64,000 nt of DNA, taken from contig CM082580.2 in assembly GCA_040954595.2 (NCBI GenBank), positions 9,650,390 through 9,714,389 on the forward strand, read 5' to 3'. Below are positions 52,600 to 64,000 of the stretch, one piece after another; within the stretch, counting starts at the first letter, position 1; every line of letters starts with the position of its first letter. The translations under genes and the position numbers were made by a program. The DNA is from Balanoglossus misakiensis. Lineage: Eukaryota; Animalia; Hemichordata. Under the pieces are notes generated by a model that saw only the letters and a list, made by a program, of their open reading frames with translations, did no database searches and was not told where the DNA came from.

Positions 52600-55500
52600 G
52601 ACACTGGTAGATATAAGGCCTCTGATGATACAGTCATCCCAGAGGATGAGCAGATCACTCTGACATGGAAAAACATCAGCGTAACAACAGAGACACCGAA
52701 GCGGACCAAAGGTTTATTGAATGGCGATATTGAAATGCGGGAGGTTAAGACAATCCTGACAAAAGGTAGGAATTGGAATTTTACCGCAGATCTACTAACC
52801 TCTGCCATGTAAGACAGAAACAAAATTCATTAAACGCCATGGGAAAAATAGCTCATAGTGATAATATGTTTCATTATTTGAATTTGCAGTCACTGGTCTT
52901 GCGGAACCCGGACATTTTCTAGCCATTATGGGAAGCAGGTATTTTACACATTACGTCACTGAGGGGATCAACAATGGCAATTGTTGGTATTGATATTGCC
53001 TATTGTTATTATAATTTCAAATGTGTCGTCATTTACCGCAATTTTTACCTTCAGGATTGCTTTGTGCAAAATATTAAACTTTTTAATAACCATATGATTT
53101 TTGTTTTTAAAACATCTGTGGACAAGTGGTGCTGGTAAGACTACGCTGTTGAACGTTTTGACTGGTCGTTCAGCCAGGCAGCTGCACCTGGATGGGACCA
53201 TTCTGGCCAATGGGAAGCCGATCACGGAGAACTTCCGGAAAGTTTCAGCCTATGTCCAGCAACACGGTCTGTTCCTGGGGACGCTTACAGTCAAAGAACA
53301 CCTCATGTTTCAAGTACGTCTCAAATCATACAGTGAAAAAACAACAGATAACACGCATTTTCAGTTCGTCAATTTCAAATGTCTAACATTCAGATGACCA
53401 GTTGGGGGCGCTGCATCTAAACCAAACCATAATTCCCACAATCCAAATGATAAAACTTACTTACAAATATGTGCATTAAATTTAGAAAATAAATATTTGA
53501 TCAAGAATTAAAATCATGTAAAGATCCATTTAAAGGGATTTTTTAAAGTTTGCATTCAGCGGACAACACACGTTAACTCATCTATATTTACTGTTTTACA
53601 GGCAACACTACGAATGGATAGGCATTTATCGAAAAAGCAACGAATTGAAAGAGTTGACAAAATAATTGAACAGGTAATTTTCATTCTTTTTTATCCGTAT
53701 CTGCTTAAATTCCGTCCGTCGTGAGAGCACAATGAACATGTGACTTCTCCACAAGGTCCTTTCAAACTGCTATGCTATAAATCCTCCGCTAAACAGATGT
53801 CCTAGCATACATTATTCTGATATAAACTTGACTTTGTTTATGATAAACCACGCGCATGGGAAATCTGGTAAATGATGACAGTAAGTTCCCGTATGCAATA
53901 TGCTAAATATAAATTGTTCAATACCTCGTAGGTTGGATTAAGTAAGTGTGTCAACACGATGATTGGTTTACCCGGTCAGCGCTCGTTGTCTTTGTCGGGT
54001 GGAGAGGAAAGAAGACTGAGTTTGGCTTCTGAGGTAAATAGACGTCTTTTACCGACCCGATGGTGGGATGTTGGCGAAAAATACACGGCGACACACTTTG
54101 CTTCTTTGCAGCTGGTTTCATTGTTTTCGTCCAATGTTACTTTGGGTGTACGTGTGCTATAATAAAAAAATACACTTTGAATCGTTTTTCCTAACATACA
54201 CAGTTACTAACTAGGCCACCCGTGTTGTTCTGTGACGAGCCGACGTCTGGTTTGGATTCGTATATGGCGGCAAGTGTCGTCAAAACCCTGAAGGACCTGG
54301 CAGCGAGCGGCCACACCATCGTCTGCACCATACACCAACCGTCGTCCGACGTCTGCGCCATATTTGATAAGTATGTCGCTTTAATACATCTACATTTCGA
54401 TGTGTTTGAGTTTCCAGTCTTTGAGTATCCAAAGCTAGTTCATTATCGTGCAATTGTGAAACGAAAGAGTGTAATTCAACACATTATGAAATCCCCCTTT
54501 TCAGGATATTGTTAATGGCGGTCGGAAGATGTGCCTACATTGGCACGATGAATACAGCTCTACGATTCTTCAAAGACATCGGCTACGTATGTCCCAGCAC
54601 ATACTGCCCAACTGATTATTTACTGGGTGTGCTAGCCATCAAACCCGGCCGGGAAGATTATACCAAGGTTGAAGTAAACGTAAGTTCCGTTTATATAAAA
54701 TATTCCAGCAAAAAAAGTTTCACCATAGTTTTGAAATTTGTCGAAAGCGATTGTTTACCTATATACATCCAAATATGCTACGCATGTGATTGCATTTTGA
54801 TCTGTATTGCTGTCAATCAATAGCTAACGTTCATTGTTCACTTTTTCGCAGAAAATATGTGATGCCTTTGAAAACTCGCCAGATTCTCTCGCTGTCGAAG
54901 TGAAAATTGCTAAAACCGCTCTTGCAAACAATGGCTACAAGGTAAATAGCGACCAGTAAATTGTCTTTTAAAGGCAACGATCGGGTGTCTGATGCTAAAG
55001 GGATACAGTAAAAGTATAGTCCCTGTAGTTAAACTATAATAGTCATTTTAGTAGAGTCCTTAAACGGTAGTTGGACTTTAATCCGCATTGACAACTAACA
55101 TAAATAAAACTCTCAATGCTGTGTTCCAGGTTAAGGATGACTCCGGTGGCAAGCTGTAAGTACACAGAATTTATTTTATCAAAATATTTTACTCCACATA
55201 AGCCATATATGAAGGGATTTATAAAATCATTAATACAACCCTCTCCTAGAATAAAACTACACGGGCGCTTTCAATCATTCACTCAGGGTAATGCTATATG
55301 ACCAACATGCTTATAATGTAACTGTTTAATTTTCCAGATTCAAGACATCTTGGCTTACCCAACTCTGCGAACTCTACAAGAGATGTTTCCGCCACATTTG
55401 GAGAAACCCGTTGTTATTGAAAGTGAACTTTTTCACATACGTGGTACGTAACACGTTCAAGACAGTCACAAACGAAACTGTCTTTCACTGGCAGTAAAAT

Positions 55501-57960
55501 ACAAAAGTGCTACCTATCTATGACGATGCCTCAATAGCGAGAATAGAAAGTTGTTGTTTTTTCTGATGGTGGCAAAACTCCTGCTATCGCACTTCCTTAC
55601 TCACTGTTCATTAGATTGGACCATGCTGCCTTCTTCGACTATTTGCGTGTAATTTTGTCTCTATATTTCATGACACACATCTTCCTTTCGTTATATCCGA
55701 CCTCCAGGTTACTTCCCTGTTATTTGGCGTTGTTTACACCAGACAAGACAAAAATCAGAGGGGAGTGCAAAACATTCAAGGCTGCCTATTTCAAGTGGCG
55801 ATCCTGGTCGGAGTGACAAACTTTATGAAGTCATCGAAAGTATGATTTTGTTTCCTAATTTGTATCTGTGGCGCTCTTTTTACACATGTGCCACCCACTG
55901 AAAATCTTGTTTGCTTGTTTTTCTATCAAGATCTTCCCGGAGGAGTGGCCTTTATTCGTGAGAGAATACGGCGACAGGGCTTACTCTGTTTCCGCGTACT
56001 TCCTCTCAAGAAGTACAGTCGAGGTACAGTTCTTTTTTATCATTAATATATTTATATGCAAGTATGAACTGATCTGCGCAGTTCCACGTTACCTAATGCG
56101 AATATTTGCTGGCATGATACATTTAAATTATAACCACTACGACAATATCTTTATATCTTTCATGGTCTTCGTCTTTTGCAGATACCAATCAAACTGTCTT
56201 TTCTGTTAATCGAAATAACTGTCGTGTTTTGGATGGTCGGTAAGTCAAGTTCAATAAATCGAAAAAGTAATTTAACGTTACTACTGTGCATGAGATGCAT
56301 TACAGGATTTGTCGACAATAATACAGAAATGAATTCGCATACTTGTAGCAATGTGTACACAATTTCAAGGATGGGTAGAATTCGGCGTACAGATGCTTAA
56401 ACCTTAAAAAATGCCACCAGTTAAAATTAATGACTAATGTGGAAAACATTTATTGATTGCAGGTTTTGGTGACACTATAGAATCCTATCTCCAAATGTGT
56501 GGCATTATGGCCTTGCTCCTGTTGTCGGCACATTTTGCTGGTACGTGGCTTTTTGCGTGATGCCCTTGAATCTGCAGTCGCGAACAAATGGCCGCTAATT
56601 GATGAAAAATAGTGGCTGGACAGTAATATAGGCGGGACATTTGAATTTGATTTGTTTCTGTGGAATAGACAGTTTCCCCCGAATTGATTATTTTTGAGAA
56701 AGGTATACAGACTCTAATGTTTAAGAGAAGCCATCCTTTTTGGAACACAAGGCGTATATTTACTGTACGTGCCCTCTGTTATACACTCATAGAGTGCTTG
56801 TGATCGACTTTGCTTATAATGAGGTCAGATAAATTGGGGAATCTAACGAAGTTCCTTTATATTCTAGGATTGTGTTTTGGTTCCATGTGCCCCACCGTTC
56901 CCCTGGCATTGCTCGTAGCAAACTTGTGGATGCTGCCCTGCCTCACTGTCGGTGGATATTACATGAACGTTTCGTAAGTCTACCCCGGACATTTTTGCAG
57001 GATGATATATTAGTGAATCTATAAGTAAATCAATTGACACTGATTTTAGTCCAATAACGTGATATGCATTACATTTTTGCTAGGGAGTGAAATGAAAATG
57101 CACGTCTTTGTCTCGACAGAACCGTGCCTGTTTATTTGCTGGGATTGTACTATGTATCCTATCTCCCATTTGCTTACGAATCGGCGTCTATAATCATTTG
57201 GAAGGACGTTGACCACATAGGTAAGACTCTACTCTGTCTGAATAATTACTTTGTATGCTGTATCTGTGATGTGAAAATTTGAGAGATTTAATATCACTCA
57301 TTCGCGCTTTATCAGGATGCATCATGGATGACCGAACACGTTGCTTGGAAACGGGGAGTCAAGTTTTGGGATCTTATGGCTTTGACGAGGTGAGTGAGTA
57401 TAGAAGGCATTATCTTGATGTGATCCATCCTTAGAAGAAGGTTATTTTGAAAATTTGATTAGCATAGAAAACTTTGGGGGTACGTTACATGAGCTTCCGA
57501 GGTACTAGGTACGCGTGATATGACAATAGACCATTTTCCGAACTCCACGAGACTATTCGCGATCTCGCGTTATCAGGCAATTAACATAGGTCTGGAGGAC
57601 ATTCTCACGTGAGATTTTTTGTTAAACTACGCACCTACTCTAGTCTCACACAATGTTTGATTTGCATCACTTGGCTAGCAACTCACTGCTACGGCAATCA
57701 ACCATGTCTCGCGAGATCTCGCAATGGGACTCGGAGGAATATCATCTAGTGAGTTCCCCAGCTAAAGGTATATTATGTAGTTTTTTTTACTATGAATCAT
57801 TTACAAAAATAAACAACATTGTCACAGTTAAGTAGAACTCCATCTGCTTCTTTTGCAGGCACATTTTTATACCAATGTAGGTATTCTTTTGGTCTCCATA
57901 ATTGGTTACGCGACCGTGGCTTTCCTGATTCTGTGGATGAAGGCAAGACGTTCCCGTTAA
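52600..57960 (+). CDS. white: White-like ABCG half-transporter, copy 1 (start exon not located; at least 627 aa)
   Basis: Exons 52600-52765, 52890-52938, 53127-53313, 53602-53673, 53932-54033, 54204-54370, 54505-54679, 54852-54941, 55130-55155, 55338-55443, 55708-55839, 55931-56023, 56182-56239, 56463-56540, 56868-56973, 57120-57220, 57316-57389, 57859-57960 (1884 nt, open frame, TAA stop). Motifs [79 protein letters not shown] precedes TMD. Exact orthology to white, scarlet or brown is not resolved. Confidence 0.9.
57525..57750 (+). mobile_element. MITE-like repeat, family A copy 3 (last intron of ABCG copy 1)
   Basis: Starts AATAGACCATTTTCCGAACTCCACGA; shares internal motifs with 7205-7473 and 8940-9104. 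Confidence 0.7.
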
Positions 57961-59079
57961 AGTGTATTTACCCCGAACCATACAACAACTACGAAATGTA
58001 GCACGAATTCCATAAAGTAGAAATTATCTTCTTTTGCCCAGCCATTACATATATCAACAGCCTCCACTGCTACAACAGCGCTGGGACATTGCGGTGTATT
58101 TTTGTTTTGTTTTTATTTTATGATAATTAGAAATGCTCTAAAAACCTACTCGAGTATCAATCATTAAAATGCTGGTACATGTTGACTTAAATAAAAGGGA
58201 TACAGTTATCATGGTGGTTTTTCATTTTATCAGACCAGTATATGGTCGGAAAAGAGGAATTCTCATTTCGAATATGTATCTTCGACGGTACTACGTGTAT
58301 TATTAGTGAAGAGTGAAGACCATACATTGTATCTTGAGCTGAACTGCATGTGCTTATGATGTAGTGCGCCATCAACTGTACCCGGCCACCCATTCCCTTA
58401 AAAGCAGCCTTGATTTGCGCGATTATAGGAAACATGCGGTGTGCAATTGTTGCTGGTCGTTTTCTATATTTAAGCTGTCAGGCGTCGCGCAATTAACTTA
58501 CTGGAAAAAAAATAATGAGATTTGCTTTAAAGTAAACGATTTTGGGGTATTGCCCACAGGACATAAAACAGAAGAGGGAGAATTTATCAACAAACGGACT
58601 GGATGTCAATATATGCGCAACACAGGAACGACAACACGTGACCCATCGTGTTAAACCGGCACAGAAGTTACAAGGTTTTGCTTAATATTTTATTTCACCA
58701 ATGCGTCATAAGAATAAATAAAAGATATAAGATTTGGGGTAAACAAAAGTCAAGATACTACTTGTACTTTAACAGCTACATAAACGATTGGCTTGCTGAC
58801 TAACATGCTTGGCGTCATCCAACAGGTGTGTATGGGCGCCCCCATGTTATGGCCGGGAGCCTCATGGAAGAGGTTAAATTTAGCTGAAGTACGGTTTCCT
58901 GAAAAACCCCCAAACGATTTTTTAATTGGAAATATTAATAGCCTTGCTGCAATCCGCAGCGCTGGGCCACAGTGCATACACTCAGCTTACAGGTATACTC
59001 GCACTAACGCCAAAAGATGCTACATTCACAAAAGTCTATGCTCGGTGGATTGTGGTAAAAACCAGAGTGACGCGACACA

Positions 59080-62000
59080 ATGTTTCGAAGGATGATAAAA
59101 TCAAACCACTCGGAGGAGCGTGAGAATGTCGTCGATCATGAAGATGACTCGATAGAAATGGATGAGGTCACTTCGGTAACGTATCCAACTATTCGATTTA
59201 AACAGATGAAATTAATTAATGTTTAGCAAGCTTTTTATAAGTAGACAGGGAGACATCATTTTTTTCTGAGAATCGATGCAAAGGTGCGTAAAATATCTTA
59301 AATGTTTCATTAACATTTTCTCTGTGACCGCGAAGATTGGGGACGAGTCCGACCAGGTGGATATTTCACCAACCATGGTGAACAGACAATTGACAGTGTC
59401 TTGGAAGGATATTACAGTGACCACGATTCAAAAGAAAGAGTTAGCCGAAATCCATGACTTGGGGTCGGCCCAAAACATACTGTCAGAAGGTTAGTGCTTT
59501 TTTGTTTTACAATACACCATTTCATGGCTATCTAAGCACTCTAGGAGATTAATATTCCCTCCCTCCCCTTTCCCTCCCTCCCTAACTTCCCCTCCCAGCC
59601 TACCTACCCCCTCTATCCAAACCTACACGTAGCTACCTGCCCACCCACCTTCCAACCTACATATTAAACTACCCTGTCATTTTTATGTCCACATTCAGTT
59701 TGACATTTATGACTGAATTAAAATAGAAATTTCGTGGTTTTTGTTTAATTTCAGTCTCTGGCCACGCCGAGGCTGGACAGATTTTAGCAATCATGGGATC
59801 AAGGTGAATTACATTTCTTGTATCTGAGCGGTACGTCTTTGCCTGTAGGCCTAAAGGATGACGTTCGTGACTTCTTCGTATTTTGAGATTGATTTGTTGC
59901 GGGGTAGAATGTACACATTGTTCACTTGGTTGTTTGTACTTTTTTGTACGGTGCTGTACTGTTTTGCAGTTATCTTTACAACTGGCAATTTAGATGTGAT
60001 GTCTGGATGGATGAGATCACAATTATTTTTATGAACAAATGCAATTAGTGGTATAAATTTATAGCCGACTGACCTCATTTGTCTCAGTTGAGGTATGAAA
60101 GCCCATGAGAGACATGTTTAAAAGCAGAAAATTAAAAAAAATATACATATATTGTGCTCTTGAGCACAAGATAACATCTCGTGGATCACAAGATAATTTC
60201 TCGTGATCACAAGATATTTATTTTTGCTGTCAAACATGTGTCGCTTATGGGCTTTCATATTGAGGTAAACGTGTCTCATTGTATAGAGAAAATTTTCACG
60301 TGCCGCCATTTTTAATGTTCTATACATTATCTATGGCCATGGAACGGCCTTTTACAACAATAGTCACTTTAGTGACCGCATCATCCCGCACCTGTCGCCG
60401 ATGCATTGGCAAAAACGTGCACTAATAATTATACTCCGTCCTGTTTTCGTTAAATACAGTGGGTCAGGTAAAACGACGCTACTGACTTTATTAGCTGGTA
60501 GACGGTCAGGAGGAATTAGTGTATCTGGTCAGATTACGATGAACGGTAGGCCTGTCGACGAGTCCATTAGGAAACAATTGGCATTTGTCCAACAGTTTGA
60601 CCTATTCCTGGGAACGCTGACTGTGAGGGAACATCTCATGTTTAAGGTAAGGGGAGCCTTCAGTAATTACAGGGGGTGGGTCGGGGGATTCAGACCACAG
60701 CTGAACTGTTAAAAGTGACCCCCCCCCCCGGATTCCCCGGACCACCCCCTGTAATTACCGAAGGTTGAAAACTTTAAGGTGGGATATGCATTCACAAACG
60801 TCTTTTTGACTTTTCCGAAGCTTGTCATAAATTCCAGATGATTATTTCCTCACATTTATATTTTTCTAGGCTAATCTCCGAATGAAAAGAGGAACGCCGA
60901 AAGAGGACAAAGTCCGGAGAGTAGAAGAAATCATTTCTGAGGTTAGGAACTGAAATTTCAAAGCAATACGCACACATACTTAAAATTGTATATTTGCTGG
61001 GATTTTTCCAAACAAAACAGGATAGGTTCGCTTCGCATCGATGTAGCCCTCTAATCGACAAGCGCTTGTCAAGGTCAAGTCCAATGGCCTACGTAAAACA
61101 TTTTTCAGGGGTTTTGCAAATTCAAATTTAGCTGAGTCATCCACGGGAAAATGCCATGAAGGTCACCGAAAGGAGATGACGAAATAAATCAAAAATGAGC
61201 GGGTATTAGAAAGAATCCTGACAGCGTGGCCTTCTAACCTGTTTTTTACATACGTCATTAAATCTATTTTTTCAGATGGGGTTATCAAAATGTGCCGATT
61301 CGTGTGTCGGAAAAGCAGGTTTCATCAAGGGCATATCGGGAGGTGAATTGAAAAGACTGAGTTGTGCTTATGAGGTAGGTCGTCATCAAATGTTTGCATA
61401 TTAAGTAGGCCTTGTCACGTGTTTTTTTCACATCATATATCAGTTTACTATAAAGTGACCTAGCGACTTTGCTACGTTTAAAATTAGAAGAAAAAACACT
61501 CAGAACGGTTTGTCAGTCTAAACATATCATGTGTGACAAACCAGGAATGTGAAAAGTTCGTATTCTTATTTATTCTTTTTTGTGCGATAGTGGACATGAC
61601 CGTTACTTTTGGTCGGTTAATTAATGACGTCATTCGATGTTCAATATTTACGCAGATGTTGGGTAATCCGCCGGTTATACTTTGTGACGAGCCAACATCC
61701 GGCCTGGATAGCTCGTTGGCTGGAAGTGTGATTAATGCCTTAAAGAGGCTCGCAAAACGAGGACACACTGTCATTATAAGCATCCACCAACCGTCGTCGT
61801 ACATCACTACATTGTTTGACAGGTATTTGCATCTGGCATAATTAAACTGCGATTTGGGGATCTGATTTCTTTTGACAGAAGTATACACTCACGCGGCGTC
61901 CCTCGATACATGCCAGGTGGCAAAGGATGTTAATATGTAAATAAAAAAACACTTGTTCATTGTTTTCATATGACATAGGTTTGCGTGGAAGGTGTATGAA

Positions 62001-63961
62001 ATCAGCTGTTTGTTTGTTTGTTTGTTTGTTTGTTTGTTTTGGGAAATATAACATTATTATACTGTCTGTTACCACTATTACGCTTCAGAATATACTTGCT
62101 AAGTGATGGCAAATGTGTCTACAGTGGCACAGTTCAGGCGGCTCTGCAGTTCTTCAAGGCCGAGGGTTATACCTGTCCAGACCTTTACTGTCCGAGCGAT
62201 TTCTTTCTCAACCTCTTGGCGATCAAACCTGGGATGGAAGAAAAATGCTTCCATCGAACGCATGTGAGTGGATGTGTCCTTGTCTATAATACTGATGAAT
62301 CAATCAGATGTCTCGATTCAATCGATGGGCGTTTCAGCTGCACGAATCTGCCTCGAGTTATACATGTATAACTTCGAGTTATATAAGAGACTTTTAATAT
62401 TATTGTGTTGTGTTTTATAATTAAATATACTCTACTTTGCAACTTTGCATTAACTGATAGGAACTCCGAAAAGCATATATGATGTCCGATCAGTACCACA
62501 CATTATCTGAGACAATTTGCAACTATGCCAATGACGAGACTGATATTGAGGTACGTCGATATGTCTAATACGGTTCCGACGTAGAGGGGTATGTCGATGC
62601 CAGGTAAAATAGGTACACAAAACAATGACGATCCTGAAATATTCAATGCATGAATAATTATCTGGCTTTCTTATGACCTCAATCCGGAGTCAACTTTTAA
62701 GTATAAATTACAGTAAGATTGCAAAATAGAGTTATAATCTTAGAAGAGACTGATCGCATACCATTGAAATCATATGACGTCTTTCACTGTTGTTTATGCA
62801 CTTCCAGAAAAACGGAGACGAGGACAGTGAGTAAGTATAGTATTTACACAATTAAGGTGAACCCTCTATACAGGCATGTCCCATTCTCAAGAAGCTGCAC
62901 TCAGAGATTTATGCAAACTAGTTTACCGGTAGCATTGGGTGACGTACATGGGAATTGCTCATAACTACCAAGTCTAAATTGATTTAACTTATTGAGTACG
63001 TAATAAAAAATATTTCCAATGGGTAGGCCCTACTCAGCCATTTTGTTTCCAGTTTACTATTTCATTTTCCTTCCAAAGTTACCATGCTACGTGGATTAAA
63101 GAAATAACAGAGCTGTCTAAGAGAACTTTCATTCACATTCGTCGTCTTCCTCGGGCATTTCAATCCAAAATCATCACTGATGTTGTAAGTACAATTATTT
63201 TAAGCGGTTTCACCAGAGAATATTTCAATAACGCGAACGTACTATCATCGTCGTAATACGGCGACAGTTTCTGTCGTTGTCAGAAGTATCATGGGATGCC
63301 CAGGACAGTCTTTGTCATAATTTTGAAAGTCGTTTGCATGCAAATGAGATAGCGAACGTTGGATAAGTAGTTATACCACTTGACTCAATATTAAACACGT
63401 GCATTTTCTTCATCCACCTCTGAAGGTAATTGCCATCATGATGGGCAGTCTGTTCTTTCAGACTGAAATCACAGCCAGAAATATGCAGAATGTGCAGGGA
63501 TGTTTATTCTTGATTGTCATGTTCAATGGATCAAGAGCGTTTATGGGCGCGTGTAGGGTACGTGTATGTCTTATCTATCCATCCATCATGCATCAATCCA
63601 TCCATCCATCTATCAAGCATATATTACCAATAAATTATAATCGTCACATTTTCTTTTAAGACATTCCCGGAAGATGCCGTTCTGTTCCACAAGGAGTACA
63701 ATGATAGCACATATAGAGCAAGCGCTTTCTTTGTGAACAAAGCTGTTACCGAGGTATGGTGCTGTCCTTTGATTTAGATTTGCGTTTTGTATTAAGACAC
63801 ATTTTATATTAAAGGCTCATTTTATATCAGCTTTATCTGATAAAGTTTTTACACAAGAGGGAATTGACATATCTCTCTCTCTATTATTTATTGTACAATG
63901 CAGCTTCTGATAACACTGACGTCGTGTTGCTTGATGTTTACCGTGGTCTTTGTGTTAGTTG
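59080..63961 (+). CDS. white: White-like ABCG half-transporter, copy 2 (3' part beyond the window)
   Basis: Exons 59080-59175 (candidate first exon), 59336-59489, 59755-59803, 60460-60646, 60870-60941, 61276-61374, 61656-61822, 62089-62263, 62461-62550, 62808-62830, 63079-63184, 63426-63557, 63661-63753, 63904-63961. Motifs [59 protein letters not shown]. Confidence 0.9.
60094..60259. mobile_element. IS3EU-type MITE, 166 bp, with 6-bp TSD
   Basis: TIR TATGAAAGCCCAT..ACATGTTT / AAACATGT..ATGGGCTTTCATA. TTGAGG on both sides (60088-60093, 60260-60265). Internal ~20-bp tandem cacaagata..ctcgtg units. TAY..RTA ends with a 6-bp TSD are characteristic of IS3EU. Confidence 0.8.
60651..60764. mobile_element. 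Small palindromic MITE (GG-terminal, after TAA) at an intron 5' end
   Basis: IR ccttcagtaattacagggggtgg (60657-60679) / ccaccccctgtaattaccgaagg (60742-60764), 22 of 23 positions match. Right terminal bases are missing. Confidence 0.65.
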
Positions 63962-64000
63962 GTAAGTTATGATCCATGAATGGTTAATTGTCTGGCCACA

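Noticed and set aside
53398-53412. Isolated CTCF-like CCAGTTGGGGGCGCT in an ABCG intron
   Set aside because: A single motif match with no supporting context; could be chance.

Overview
Eukaryotic, intron-rich, AT-rich animal DNA. It is probably from a marine invertebrate, inferred from gene content and repeat types. There are no prokaryotic features. I reconstructed by hand: (1) an 11-coding-exon secreted CILP-like gene (5051-11902, +, about 1211 aa) in which an atypical 12-cysteine C-type lectin domain sits where vertebrate CILPs have the WxxW domain; (2) a single-coding-exon, proline-rich, 205-aa orphan (38314-38931, +) ending in a PxIxIT-like motif; (3) two tandem white-like ABCG half-transporter genes (52600-57960 and 59080 to beyond the window end, +) with matching exon sizes. 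The most striking structure is a 4.7-kb fold-back element (26479-31162). It has TAG..CTA termini, a 3-bp TTT target duplication and ~364-bp subterminal repeats. Two ~2.1-kb inverted arms both carry the promoter-proximal intron and the 5' part of a decayed Academ-like transposase, so the element could make hairpin RNA. Also present: a decayed Gypsy gag-protease remnant at the left edge, an IS3EU-type MITE with a 6-bp TSD, several other MITE/HINE copies, microsatellites, and a weak, tentative signal of one or two decayed cGAS-like (Mab-21) pseudogenes at about 18-22.6 kb. Gene models come from manual GT-AG and phase checking. Family names rest on recalled motifs, not database searches.
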